64,000 bases of DNA from the NCBI GenBank assembly GCA_020445665.1, contig JAGRGD010000278.1, forward strand, positions 12,987 through 76,986. Reading direction: 5' to 3'. The notes under the pieces are model-generated. The model saw only the letters and a program-made list of their open reading frames with translations, was not told the DNA's origin and made no database searches. The translations under genes were made by a program, and so were the position numbers. Positions 63,719-64,000 of the stretch are shown piece after piece. Source of the DNA: Rhodocyclaceae bacterium (lineage in GTDB: Bacteria; Pseudomonadota; Gammaproteobacteria; Burkholderiales; Rhodocyclaceae). Numbering within the stretch: the stretch's first letter is position 1; the number at the start of each line of letters is the position of its first letter.

Positions 63719-64000
63719 TTGCCTACCGCAATCAAGAAAACATTCCAGTACGGCAACCACACCGTGACGATGGAGACCGGCGAGATCGCCCGCCAGGCCC
63801 ACGGCGCCGTGGTGGTGAGCATCGAGGAGACCGTTGTCCTGGCCACCGTCGTGGCGGCCAGAGAGGCCCGTGCAGGGCAGGAGTTCTTCCCCCTCACCGT
63901 CGACTATGTCGAGAAGTTCTACGCTGCCGGCCGGATCCCCGGTGGCTTCTTCAAGCGCGAAGGCCGCCCGACGGAGAAGGAGATCCTCACCTCGCGCCTG
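63719..64000 (+). CDS. pnp: Polyribonucleotide nucleotidyltransferase (PNPase), N-terminal fragment; runs off the window
   Basis: Not in the ORF track (TTG start, no stop in the window). My own translation reads [45 protein letters not shown]...[41 protein letters not shown] and is collinear with E. coli PNPase. AAAGGA lies 8 nt upstream of the TTG. Confidence 0.9.
   Translation, partial: MPTAIKKTFQYGNHTVTMETGEIARQAHGAVVVSIEETVVLATVVAAREARAGQEFFPLTVDYVEKFYAAGRIPGGFFKREGRPTEKEILTSRL

Overview
The window is a GC-rich proteobacterial chromosome segment, probably gammaproteobacterial. The GlrK/GlrR-type system, SMC-ScpAB, the rimP-nusA-infB-rbfA-truB-rpsO-pnp block and a gcvTHP operon behind a glycine riboswitch suggest this. 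I found no transposase, integrase, phage gene, CRISPR array, rRNA or tRNA, and no recognisable defence gene. Most long ORFs in the track are antisense shadows of real genes, as expected at high GC.

About 60 genes are supportable:
- ygiD (partial), doxX with a divergent LysR regulator, and a YgfG-like methylmalonyl-CoA decarboxylase.
- An envelope cluster (3.1-8.4 kb): a LysM/TPR lipoprotein convergent with an operon of Ser/Thr kinase-HAMP, LysM-CE4 deacetylase lipoprotein and TPR lipoprotein.
- Hybrid histidine kinase, cls, ppk2, a crotonase, gcvR-like, mazG-like, yaeQ, an orphan lipoyl-domain protein, cspA, an EF-hand protein and rbgA.
- An MCP followed by three small unknown genes, then slyX and rlhA-like.
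- A secreted nine-heme cytochrome, an HDOD protein and a hemerythrin, then ettA.
- FeeM-like acyltransferase and bactofilin, the glrK-lipoprotein-glrR block, and a BON-domain protein.
- ABC exporter, PHB-depolymerase-family esterase, a J-protein, hslR, fpr with a divergent LysR regulator, and a large PAS-GGDEF-EAL protein.
- gcvP-gcvH-gcvT with a tandem glycine riboswitch.
- An alpha/beta hydrolase, trpH, yciO, an M50 protease, trpS, scpA, scpB, rluB, rimP, nusA, infB, rbfA, truB, rpsO and pnp (partial).

The best candidate for an undescribed system is at 30.1-35.7 kb. A GlrK-lipoprotein-GlrR type sigma54 two-component block is bracketed by two near-consensus sigma54 promoters. Each has a perfect TGTCG-N8-CGACA palindrome about 110 nt upstream of the predicted start and an IHF-like site in between. 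One promoter points at a bactofilin plus FeeM-like N-acyltransferase operon, the other at a secreted BON-domain protein.

Secondary candidates are the Ser/Thr-kinase/LysM-deacetylase/TPR envelope operon and the orphan nine-heme cytochrome-HDOD-hemerythrin cluster. All family assignments come from reading the translations and from remembered family motifs. No database search was run.
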